Below are positions 1 to 11,137 of a stretch of 64,000 nucleotides of DNA, piece by piece. Every line of letters starts with the position of its first letter. The stretch's first letter is position 1. The stretch is taken from contig JBBQMC010000001.1 of NCBI GenBank assembly GCA_038328565.1, forward strand, positions 4,237-68,236, read 5' to 3'. A program made the translations under genes and the position numbers. The stretch is from Candidatus Limnocylindria bacterium (GTDB taxonomy: Bacteria; Chloroflexota; Limnocylindria; QHBO01). Below the pieces are notes generated by a model. It was given only the letters and a program-made list of their open reading frames with translations. It had not been told where the DNA came from and searched no databases.

Positions 1-526
1 TCGCGGCTGCGGAGGGGCGAGCGCGCGTGGCGCGCTTCGGCTTCTCGTCGGCAGTGGCCTCGACCTTCGCGGCGGCCTTCGCGGCGCGAGGCGCTCGGGA
101 GGCTGCCGCCTTCGGCGTGGTCGCGGGAGCGGCAGATGAACGTGCCTTCGGCGCCGGCGTGGGCGCGGGCTTGGGAGCCGCCTTCGGCGTCGCCTCGGCC
201 TTCGACCGCTTCCCATTGGCGCTGATCTCGTCGATGCGCACACGCACGAGGTCCTGGCGGTGCCCGGTCCGGCGGCGGTACTTCACCTTCTGCTTGAACT
301 TGAAGATGACGATCTTCGGGCCGCGTTCGGCGCGAAGGACGGTGCCCGTCACGCTGGCGCCGTCGACGAGGGGCGTACCGACCATCACGTCGTCGCCGTC
401 GCCGACGAGCAGGACGCGCTCGAAGGTGACCGCGGCACCGGGCTCGATGCCCAGCTTCTCGACGAGCAGCTCGCTGCCCGCCTCGACGCGATACTGCTTT
501 CCGCCGCTGCTGACGACAGCGTACAT
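1..526 (-). CDS. rplU: 50S ribosomal protein L21, 3' end cut by window edge, with a long Ala/Lys/Pro-rich C-terminal tail
   Basis: Absent from the ORF track because it runs off the window. Reverse-strand ATG at 526-524 gives MYAVVSSGGKQYRVEAGSELLVEKL...GPKIVIFKFKQKVKYRRRTGHRQDLVRVRIDEI (canonical L21 core). At least 70 aa of AKP-rich sequence follow, with no stop before position 1. Confidence 0.9.
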   Translation of the reverse strand, partial: MYAVVSSGGKQYRVEAGSELLVEKLGIEPGAAVTFERVLLVGDGDDVMVGTPLVDGASVTGTVLRAERGPKIVIFKFKQKVKYRRRTGHRQDLVRVRIDEISANGKRSKAEATPKAAPKPAPTPAPKARSSAAPATTPKAAASRAPRAAKAAAKVEATADEKPKRATRARPSAAA

Positions 527-635
527 GGGTGGCTCCGTTTCGATGAATGGAAGGGATGGCGGTTACGCGCTCGGCCGTGGATCGGCGGCGCACAACGACG
601 CGGGCCGACCCGTGGTCGCCCGCGGAACGTGAAGT

Positions 636-1352
636 CTATCGGGCGATCGGCGGAGTGTCAACGAACAGGAGACGCGTCCGGACCGCGACGGCCGTGCGCA
701 GCGGGACGTCCAGCACCCCGATGACGTCCTCCGGCCTTCCCGCCCCGCTGGCATCGAGACGCAGCACCATCCGCAGCGTCGCGCGGCGCGCGCGCTCGTC
801 CACGGCGAGCACCTCGACGTCCTCGATGAGGGGCCGGAGATCGCGCATCCCGGCATCCGCGCGGCGCTCGGTCTCGCCCTTCCGGCGACGACCGGGGAGC
901 GTCCGGGTGGCGAGCAGCCGGACGACCGCTCCCCGCAGCCCAGCGGTTGTCAGCTCGTCGTTGCCAATGGCGGTCACCTCGTACTCCGCGGCGCGCAGCT
1001 GGGAGGAGGCGGACGGGAACCCGTGCCACACCTCGCGCGCGTCGATCAGCTCGAGCCCGTCGGGGAGCAGCTCGGCGGCGGCGCGGATGCGCTCGATCGG
1101 CACGAGCTCGTCGAAGTGCGCCTCGACGATCTCGCCGCGCAGCTCCAGCCCGATCGGCGGGTTCGCGGCGAGCTTGATCCGTGGCCGTGGGCGCAGCGCA
1201 TTCGTGTGGCTCAGCGGCAGGCCGGCGTCGGTAAACGCGTGCTCGAAGGCGGCGACGATGTCCGGCTGGCGCAGGCGCAGGGCGGGAGCACGGCGGGCGA
1301 AGAGGAGCTGCCATCGCTGACGCGGCTGCTCGGGCGTCGTTCGGGTCGTCAT
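636..1352 (-). CDS. DUF2344/TIGR03936-like radical-SAM-associated protein
   Basis: 238-aa ORF directly upstream of rplU on the same strand, the usual position of this family in Actinobacteria. Family call is from recalled length, synteny and sequence style, not from a search. Confidence 0.6.
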   Translation of the reverse strand: MTTRTTPEQPRQRWQLLFARRAPALRLRQPDIVAAFEHAFTDAGLPLSHTNALRPRPRIKLAANPPIGLELRGEIVEAHFDELVPIERIRAAAELLPDGLELIDAREVWHGFPSASSQLRAAEYEVTAIGNDELTTAGLRGAVVRLLATRTLPGRRRKGETERRADAGMRDLRPLIEDVEVLAVDERARRATLRMVLRLDASGAGRPEDVIGVLDVPLRTAVAVRTRLLFVDTPPIAR

Positions 1353-1529
1353 GTGGCGCCGATGCTACCGTTCGCCCGCCCGCACGGAAAGTGCGGCAGC
1401 GTGGCCCGCGGACGCTGACCCGTATCATGCCGCGGTGGGGCGCCAGGACGGCGCGAGCACGGGAGGCACGTCATCGCGGAGCTGCTTGGAGCGCTGAAGC
1501 GACATCGGCTGGCGCTGTTCGCCCTGGCC

Positions 1530-2681
1530 ATGATCGTCCTGGTCGCGTGGCTGGTGTGGTCGGCGCGGGGCGCGCTGGCCGCGTTCGTCATCGGCCTCGC
1601 GCTCGCATTCGTGCTCGACCCGATCGTCACCCTCCTCCAGCGACGGAGCGTCCCGCGCTGGGCCGGCGTGCTCCTCGCCTACGCGCTCGTGGTTGGCATC
1701 GCCTGGCTGCTCATCGCGTTCGCGCTGCCGCCGATCGGCCAGCAGGCGCGCGAGCTGATCCAGCGCGCCCCGCAATACGGCGCCTCGCTCAGCGAGTGGG
1801 AGGCGTCGGTCGTCGCCTGGTATCAGTCGCTGACCCTGCCCGCCGAGCTGCGCGACATCATCGACGCGTCGGTCGCACGCGCCCAGGAGGCGTTCGGGCA
1901 GATCGTGCAGGCCATCGCGGGACCGGTGGTCGAGACCCTCGTGCGCGCCGCGACCTTCATCCTCGGCCTCGTCATCGTTCCGGTCTGGCTCTTCTTCGTC
2001 CTGAAGGACCGCGAGCGCTTCCCGGGCGCGGTGCAGGGCGCGCTGCCGCCGGCCTGGCGCCCCGACGCCGGCGCGCTCCTCGCCATCCTGGCCCGCATCG
2101 GCGGTCGCTGGGTTCGCGGCCAGCTCCTGCTCGGCGCCTCCATCTTCCTGGCCACCACCATCGGCCTCACGATCGTCACAATCATCGGCTTCGGCGAGCT
2201 CGGGAAGTTCACGCTCGTGCTCGCGCTCATCGCCGGCGTGCTCGAGTGGTTCCCGATCATCGGTCCGATCATCGCCGCCGTCCCCGCCATCCTCATCGCC
2301 CTGACGATCTCGCCGGCGGCGGTCGTGGCGGTCGTCATCCTCTACACCGCGGTCCAGCAGCTCGAGAACAACCTGCTCGTGCCGAAGGTGATGGGCGACG
2401 CGGTGGAGCTCCATCCCGCGGTCATGATATTGGCGCTCGTGCTCGGCGGGGCGCTGTTCGGGCTCGGTGGCGCCATCCTCGCCGCACCGATCGTGGCAAT
2501 CGGCCGCGACCTGTATCGCTACGGGTTCCTGCGCCTCTCCGGTACGCCGGTCGGGCCGTCGCGCGCCGCCGCCCTCCGCGAGCCGGAAGAGAAGCCGGAG
2601 CCGGACGCGCTACCCGAGAAGCCCGAACCCACGGTTTCGGTCGATCGCGGCGCGGGGCCGGGCAGCAGCCCAGTCGCATGA
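1530..2681 (+). CDS. AI-2E family (PerM/UPF0118) transporter
   Basis: 383-aa multi-TM ORF with the C-terminal block NNLLVPKVMGDAVELHPAVMILALVLGGALFGLGGAILAAPIVA typical of AI-2E transporters. ATG 1530 is the only canonical start after the in-frame stop at 1416-1418. Confidence 0.85.
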   Translation: MIVLVAWLVWSARGALAAFVIGLALAFVLDPIVTLLQRRSVPRWAGVLLAYALVVGIAWLLIAFALPPIGQQARELIQRAPQYGASLSEWEASVVAWYQSLTLPAELRDIIDASVARAQEAFGQIVQAIAGPVVETLVRAATFILGLVIVPVWLFFVLKDRERFPGAVQGALPPAWRPDAGALLAILARIGGRWVRGQLLLGASIFLATTIGLTIVTIIGFGELGKFTLVLALIAGVLEWFPIIGPIIAAVPAILIALTISPAAVVAVVILYTAVQQLENNLLVPKVMGDAVELHPAVMILALVLGGALFGLGGAILAAPIVAIGRDLYRYGFLRLSGTPVGPSRAAALREPEEKPEPDALPEKPEPTVSVDRGAGPGSSPVA

Positions 2682-2855
2682 CCCGCGGCGGAGCCGAGGC
2701 GGTCGGGTTCACGCCAGCTGACCGGTAACCCGGCCAGACCCCGGTTGCGGCCATTGGGTTCACGCTGCGTGTGAACGCGAACCCTCCGGGGACGGTTTCG
2801 TCGGATGCGCGGCCACCGGGCGTGAATCGGCGACGTTGTCGACCCGGGCGTGCCG

Positions 2856-3992
2856 TTAGAACGTCGGCTTGCGCGAATGCATGCGGATGGACTCGAGGAT
2901 CCCCATCCCGAACAGCAGCGAGATGAGCGACGACCCGCCGTAGGTGACGAAGGGGAGCGGGATGCCCGTCACCGGCATGATGCCGATCACCATCCCGATG
3001 TTCACGAGCACCTGGAACAGGATCATGGCAGCCAGGCCCACGGCGACCATCGAGCCGAGCGTGTCCCGCGCCTGCCAGCCGATGAGCAGGATCCGCCACA
3101 CGAGGAGCGCGAACAGGGCCAGCAGCAGGATGCCGCCCACCAGCCCGAGCTCCTCACCGACCACGCTGTAGATGAAATCGGTGCTCTGTACGGGGAGCAG
3201 CCCGGCCTGGTTCTGGCGGCCCGCGGTGAGCCCCTGGCCGAGCAGGCCACCCGAGCCCACCGCGTTGATCGCCTGCACGAGCTGGTAGCAGGCCCCCTGC
3301 GCATCGGCGAACGGGTCGAGGAAGCAGAAGAGGCGCTGCCGCTGGTAATCCTGGAGCGCACCGATCGCGATGGGCGCGACGGCCACCACCCCGCCCGCCA
3401 GGATCGCCAGCCAACCGATGCTTGCGCCGCTCATGAACAGCATCGCGGCGAGGATCGCCACGAAGACGAGCGCGGTCCCGAGGTCCGGCTGTCGGAAGAC
3501 GAGGAACGTCGGGATCGCCATGAGCAGCCCGGCACCGACGATCGTCGACAGGCGACCGATGCGCTCGCGGCGCCCCGCGAGGAAGGCGGCGAGCACGACG
3601 ATCATGAGCACCTTGCTCACTTCGCTGAACTGGAAGTCGAGGCCGGCGACGGTGATCGACATCTGGGCGCCGAAGAGGCTCGTGCCGAGGAGCATCGTGA
3701 GCGCGAGGAGGCCGAGCACGGCCAGGTAGATCGGCACGATGAACGGCTCCAGCCAGTGGTAGTCGACGCTCGCCGCGACGAAGAACAGGCTGAGCCCGAT
3801 CGCGGCCCAGATGGCGGTCTTCACCGGCTGGGCGATCCCGCTGCCCGCCGCCGGGTCGTTGTAGCTCGCGGAGTAGCCCATCACGATCCCGAACCCGACC
3901 AGCAGCAGGACGTAGGCGAGAAGCTGCACGTCGAAGCGACGCCATCCCCGCCGGGTCACGGCACCGACGAAGGTCGAGCTGACGGCACCCAT
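2856..3992 (-). CDS. rodA: SEDS-family peptidoglycan glycosyltransferase RodA
   Basis: 378-aa multi-TM FtsW/RodA/SpoVE-type ORF (LLPVQSTDFIYSVVGEELGLVG, MPVTGIPLPFVTYGGSSL). Lies 3 nt downstream of the PBP2 gene. Confidence 0.9.
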   Translation of the reverse strand: MGAVSSTFVGAVTRRGWRRFDVQLLAYVLLLVGFGIVMGYSASYNDPAAGSGIAQPVKTAIWAAIGLSLFFVAASVDYHWLEPFIVPIYLAVLGLLALTMLLGTSLFGAQMSITVAGLDFQFSEVSKVLMIVVLAAFLAGRRERIGRLSTIVGAGLLMAIPTFLVFRQPDLGTALVFVAILAAMLFMSGASIGWLAILAGGVVAVAPIAIGALQDYQRQRLFCFLDPFADAQGACYQLVQAINAVGSGGLLGQGLTAGRQNQAGLLPVQSTDFIYSVVGEELGLVGGILLLALFALLVWRILLIGWQARDTLGSMVAVGLAAMILFQVLVNIGMVIGIMPVTGIPLPFVTYGGSSLISLLFGMGILESIRMHSRKPTF

Positions 3993-3995
3993 CGG

Positions 3996-5906
3996 TCAGT
4001 TCGCCGCCACGAGCGAGAAGTTGCGCGGGTCGAGCCGCAGATCCTGGTCGAGGTGGTAGTACTGCTGGAGGAAGTACTTGACGACCTCGAGCGACACGTT
4101 GCCTGGCACGATGGCCGAGTAGGAGAACGTGATCACGGCGAGGTCGGCATCGGTCGCGCCGGGCTTGCTCGGCAGGTAGGCGACGAACCACGAGTGGAAC
4201 GGCAGGACGCCCTCGCTCGTCGGCGTCCCGAACTCCGCCGTGCCCGTCTTGCCTGACAGGGCGCCTGGCAGGTGGAGGTCACGGATGTTGTAGGCATGCC
4301 CCGAGGTGATCACCTCGCGCGCCCCGATCCGCATCGTCCGCAGGTTCGCGTCGCTCGCCCCGACCTTCCCAACCTCGACCGGCGTGTACGGCTTCACCAG
4401 CTTGCCCCTGGCGTCCGTCTCGCCGCGCACGATGGCCGGCTCGAGGACGCGACCGCCGTTCGCCATCGTGCAGTACGCGTTGAGAAGCTGGAGCGGCGTG
4501 ACCGCGATGACGTTCTGGCCGATGCCCGCCTGCGCGAGCTCACCGGTGAAGACGCCCGGCCGCCCCTGGGATTGCGCCCATTTCGTGCTGGCCACGATGC
4601 CCGCCGCCTCGTCCGGCAGTCGAATGCCGCTCTTCTTGCCGAAGCCCAGCCGGTCCGCCCACAGCCCGAGCCGGTCGACGCCGAGCTTCACGGCCATCTG
4701 GTAGAAGAACGTGTCCGAGCTGATCGCGTAGGCATCGGTGATATCGAGCGGCCCGAAGCCGGCGTGGTTCCAGTCGAACAGGCATTGGCCCTTCGGCGCG
4801 TCAGGGATCTGGTAGCAGCCGTAGGTGGGCCAGCGTTGGGTCGGGGTCGTCACGCGCTCCTCGAGCGCCGCAAGGCCGGTGACGAGCTTGAAGGTCGAGC
4901 CTGGGGGGTAGATGTCCGAGATCGCGTGATTGCGGAGCGGCTGTCCCGGGGCGGCGAGGTAGGCCCGGTAGTCGGCGGCGCTGATCCCGCCCGCGAACTT
5001 GTTGTTGTCGTAGGACGGCAGCGAGACCATGGCCAGGATCTCGCCGGTCTGGGGGTTCATGACGATCGTCACGCCCTGCTTCAGCCCGACGGCGTCCATC
5101 CCCCAGCGGAGGGCGTTCGCCGCCACCCGCTGCACGTCGGAGTCGATCGTGAGCTGGAGGTTCTTCCCAGCCACCGGCTGGCGAAGCGTCTCGAGCACGT
5201 CCCCGGGACGCCCACCGGCCTTGCGCTCGACGAGCTCGCTGCCGTACGACCCACGCAGCTCCTTCTCGAACGTGCGCTCCACCCCTGCGCGGCCGATCGA
5301 GTCGTCGGGGAGATAGCCCTGCGGCTCGAGCGTGTCGAGCTCGTCGGCGGCAACGGCCCCGGTATAGCCGACGAGATGCGCCATCAGCCTGCCGTCGACC
5401 TTGCCGTGCTCGTCGAGGTACTCGCGCACCGGCTCAGCCTCGACGACGATGCCGGGCAGCTCGTCGCGCCGCTCGCCGAGAACGAGCGCCGCGTTGCGGT
5501 CGATGCCGCGCGCCAGTGGCACGAGGTCGTACGGCGAGCCGGTGAAGGCATCGAGGCGTCGGCGGAGCTCCCGCGGGTCGACGCCGGTTACGCGCGCCAC
5601 CTCGCCCAGGACGATGCCGGTCCGCTCACCCGGCAGATCAGCCTTGCGGGCCTTCACGGTCCACGACGGAACGTTGATCGCGAGCCGGCGCCCCGCGCGG
5701 TCGAAGATCAACCCGCGGGCGGCGGGGATCGGGACCTCCATCGTCACCGACGCGGCTCGGGCGGCATAGGTCGCCCCATCGATGATCTGGAGCTGCACGA
5801 GCCTCCCGGCAAGTGCGGTGAAGACCACGATCGCGGCCATGCCGAAGGCGAGGAAGCGCGCCCGGGACCGCGGCCGGTCGAGGCGGCCCTCGTTGAGGTC
5901 AGCCAT
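3996..5906 (-). CDS. mrdA: Penicillin-binding protein 2 (class B transpeptidase)
   Basis: 636 aa with an N-terminal membrane anchor and transpeptidase motifs STFK (PPGSTFKLVTG) and KTG (SGKTGTAEF). Sits between mreD and rodA. Confidence 0.9.
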   Translation of the reverse strand: MADLNEGRLDRPRSRARFLAFGMAAIVVFTALAGRLVQLQIIDGATYAARAASVTMEVPIPAARGLIFDRAGRRLAINVPSWTVKARKADLPGERTGIVLGEVARVTGVDPRELRRRLDAFTGSPYDLVPLARGIDRNAALVLGERRDELPGIVVEAEPVREYLDEHGKVDGRLMAHLVGYTGAVAADELDTLEPQGYLPDDSIGRAGVERTFEKELRGSYGSELVERKAGGRPGDVLETLRQPVAGKNLQLTIDSDVQRVAANALRWGMDAVGLKQGVTIVMNPQTGEILAMVSLPSYDNNKFAGGISAADYRAYLAAPGQPLRNHAISDIYPPGSTFKLVTGLAALEERVTTPTQRWPTYGCYQIPDAPKGQCLFDWNHAGFGPLDITDAYAISSDTFFYQMAVKLGVDRLGLWADRLGFGKKSGIRLPDEAAGIVASTKWAQSQGRPGVFTGELAQAGIGQNVIAVTPLQLLNAYCTMANGGRVLEPAIVRGETDARGKLVKPYTPVEVGKVGASDANLRTMRIGAREVITSGHAYNIRDLHLPGALSGKTGTAEFGTPTSEGVLPFHSWFVAYLPSKPGATDADLAVITFSYSAIVPGNVSLEVVKYFLQQYYHLDQDLRLDPRNFSLVAAN

Positions 5907-5915
5907 CGGTACGAG

Positions 5916-6506
5916 TTACCACGCCGGACGCTCCTCGAGCACGCCGAGGCGGTGCGCCGCGAGGCGCACGAACGGCAGCAGGAGACCGGCAATCGCGGCG
6001 TTGAGCACCGCGGCGGGCAGGATCAGGTCGAGCGCATCTGCCATGTTGATGGGGTCCCCGACGACCTGGGACACGAGGAGAGCGATGACGTCGGCCACCA
6101 CGCTCGCGACCAGCGTCGCAACGACCGGATAGACCCACACGAGCCGGCCAAGCAGGATCCCGCCGCCAGAGACCACGGCGCTCACGATGAGCAGGGCCAG
6201 CGGCAGGCTGCCGAGCGGGGCCGCGACCAGCACGTTGGCGGTCAGGCCGGCGACGAAGGCCCAGATCAGGCCCTGGGTAAAGCCGAAGACTGCGGTCACG
6301 AGCACGACGGCCACGAGGATGAAGTCGGGATAGACACCAGCGACCTGGATCACCGGCGCGAGGCCGGCGTGGATGATGGCGGCGAGGATGGCGAGGAGGA
6401 TGCTGGTGTAGGTGATGACCCGAGCTCCCGGGACTCGACGCGGATGGGCGGCTCGGCCGAGTATACCTGCCGCCGTGTCGTCACCCGGGCCTGCAGAGTT
6501 GTCCAC
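5916..6506 (-). CDS. mreD: Rod shape-determining protein MreD (probable)
   Basis: 196-aa polytopic membrane ORF. The VAGVYPDFILVAVVLVTAVFGFTQGLIWAFVAGLTANVL pattern resembles the MreD core, and it lies immediately upstream of mrdA-rodA. GTG 6506 is the only canonical start in the open frame. Confidence 0.6.
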   Translation of the reverse strand: MDNSAGPGDDTAAGILGRAAHPRRVPGARVITYTSILLAILAAIIHAGLAPVIQVAGVYPDFILVAVVLVTAVFGFTQGLIWAFVAGLTANVLVAAPLGSLPLALLIVSAVVSGGGILLGRLVWVYPVVATLVASVVADVIALLVSQVVGDPINMADALDLILPAAVLNAAIAGLLLPFVRLAAHRLGVLEERPAW

Positions 6507-6508
6507 AA

Positions 6509-6524
6509 TGTTCCACGTGAAACA
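6509..6524. promoter_or_regulatory. parS: parS centromere-like site
   Basis: TGTTCCACGTGAAACA at 6509-6524 matches the 16-bp parS consensus TGTTNCACGTGAAACA exactly. It lies about 100 bp upstream of parA. Confidence 0.85.
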
Positions 6525-6626
6525 TCGCGGTCGACTGTCGCCGGGGACCCGCGATAAGCCGTCGATAAGCGGCCGGATGAGGCTAAAACTGGTAGAATGC
6601 AGTTGCCCATCTGAACTCGCTGCGGA

Positions 6627-7386
6627 GTGCTCGTGGTCAGGGTTACGGCCTGCACAAACCAGAAGGGCGGCGTCGGCAAGACGACGACCGTGGTCAATTT
6701 GGCGGCCTATCTGGCCCTCTCCGGATCACCCACCCTCGTAATCGATATCGACCCCCAGGGCAATGCCACCAGCGGCCTGGGTGTGGATCGACGTACGCTC
6801 GATCGATCTGTCTACGACCTTCTCATCGAAGGCGTCCCCGTCGACGAGCTTGTCGTGGGAACGGCGATCGACGGTCTCGACCTCCTGCCCTCCACGCCGG
6901 GCCTGTCGGGAGCCGAGGTGGAGATGGTCGGGCTGCCGGCCCGCGAGCACCGGTTGGCAGCGAGCCTGGCGGGCCTGAATGGACGCTACGATCGGGTTTT
7001 CATCGACTGCCCGCCATCGCTCGGGCTGCTCACCGTGAACGCTCTGACGGCGGCGGACGGCGTGCTGATCCCGATCCAGACCGAGTACTACGCCCTGGAG
7101 GGCCTGAGTCAGCTGGTGAACACCATCCGCCTCATTCGTGAGGGCCTCAATCCGCGACTCGAGATCGATGGCGTGCTGCTGACCATGTACGACGGTCGCA
7201 CCCGCCTATCGGCGCAGGTGGCGGCCGAGGTGCGCCGACACATGAACGGCACCGTCTTCGACACGGTGGTGCCGCGCAGCATCCGCCTGTCGGAGGCACC
7301 GAGCCACGGCCTGCCAGTCGCGCTCTACGATCCCGCCTCGCGTGGGGCCGATGCCTATCGCGCCCTGGCCGGGGAGGTCGTCGCCC

Positions 7387-7394
<8 letters not shown>
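6627..7394 (+). CDS. parA: Chromosome partitioning ATPase ParA/Soj
   Basis: Deviant Walker A NQKGGVGKTTT, with IDIDPQGNAT and full-length similarity in style to Soj. The start may instead be GTG 6633, which has GGAG 6 nt upstream. Confidence 0.93.
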
Positions 7395-10297
<2,903 letters not shown>

Positions 10298-10326
10298 CGA
10301 GCACACTGCAGCGAGACGACAGACCG

Positions 10327-10578
10327 ATGCCATCGCGACACACCGCTGACATCCGCCAGGTGGGGGCCAAGACCGGGCGCTCGATCGAGGAGTGGTGCGA
10401 GCTGCTCGAGGCGAACGGCGTGGCCGAGCGCCGCGAGGCGGTCAACCTGCTGCGCGACGGCTACGCGGTCAGCCATGCGTTCGCGCTCGCCATCGCGGCC
10501 CACTGCCTGCGCAGCACCGGCGACGACGAGTGGGGCGGCGGGTACGGCGGGTACGACGATGAGGACGACACCTGGTGA
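10327..10578 (+). CDS. Small DUF4287-like protein
   Basis: ATG 10327 gives MPSRHTADIRQVGAKTGRSIEEWCELLEANGV...LLRDGYAVSHAFALAIAAH plus an acidic Gly/Tyr tail. The pattern resembles DUF4287 (from recall). Confidence 0.55.
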   Translation: MPSRHTADIRQVGAKTGRSIEEWCELLEANGVAERREAVNLLRDGYAVSHAFALAIAAHCLRSTGDDEWGGGYGGYDDEDDTW

Positions 10579-11093
10579 ACTCCGCCTCCCGCATCGGCAC
10601 CAGCCAGGCGATCGTCGCAAGCGACGGGCGGCGCTATGCCTTTGCCGATCACAACTGCTTCGCCTGCGGCGGCCAGAACCCGATCGGCATGCACCTCGAG
10701 ATCGTGCTCGGCGACGGGACGGCGAGCACGGAATGGGTCCCAACCGCGGCCTTCGTCGGCTGGGAGGAGAAGGTCCACGGCGGCATCCTCGCCACGCTCC
10801 TCGACGAGGTGATGGCCTGGGCGCCGGCGAGCCACGACTCGTGGGCAGTGACCGCCGAGATGAACATTCGCTTCCGCGCGCCGGCGAGCCCCGGCGAGCG
10901 GCTCGTCGCCACCGGCCGCGTCACCGATCGTCGGCGCCGGATCTATCACGTGACGGGCGAGGTGCGCGGGGCCGACGGCAGGCTCGTCGCCGGGGCCGAG
11001 GGCCGATTCCTCGGCGCGTCGCCATCCGAGAAGCGCGACCTCAAGGAGCGCTACGCCGTGCCGACGGATCTCTCGGCAGCGGGGCCCGCATGA
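10575..11093 (+). CDS. PaaI-family (hotdog fold) thioesterase with N-terminal Cys pair
   Basis: 172 aa with CFACGGQNPIGMHL followed by VHGGILATLLDEVMAWA, typical of PaaI/YbgC-like thioesterases. GTGA start/stop overlap with the preceding gene. Confidence 0.75.
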   Translation: MNSASRIGTSQAIVASDGRRYAFADHNCFACGGQNPIGMHLEIVLGDGTASTEWVPTAAFVGWEEKVHGGILATLLDEVMAWAPASHDSWAVTAEMNIRFRAPASPGERLVATGRVTDRRRRIYHVTGEVRGADGRLVAGAEGRFLGASPSEKRDLKERYAVPTDLSAAGPA

Positions 11094-11137
11094 CGACATT
11101 CACGACATTGACGACAAGCTAGGGACGAGACAGACCG

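Noticed and set aside
1461-1532. Possible non-canonical upstream start for the AI-2E transporter (GGGAGG at 1461-1466, then ATC 1473)
   Set aside because: The upstream peptide (IAELLGALKRHRLALFALA) looks like a natural N-terminus, but there is no conserved motif to anchor it, unlike the GT2 case. I kept ATG 1530.
4272-6557. 761-aa plus-strand ORF
   Set aside because: Antisense to mrdA and mreD. The real genes are on the minus strand, where the STFK and KTG motifs are found.
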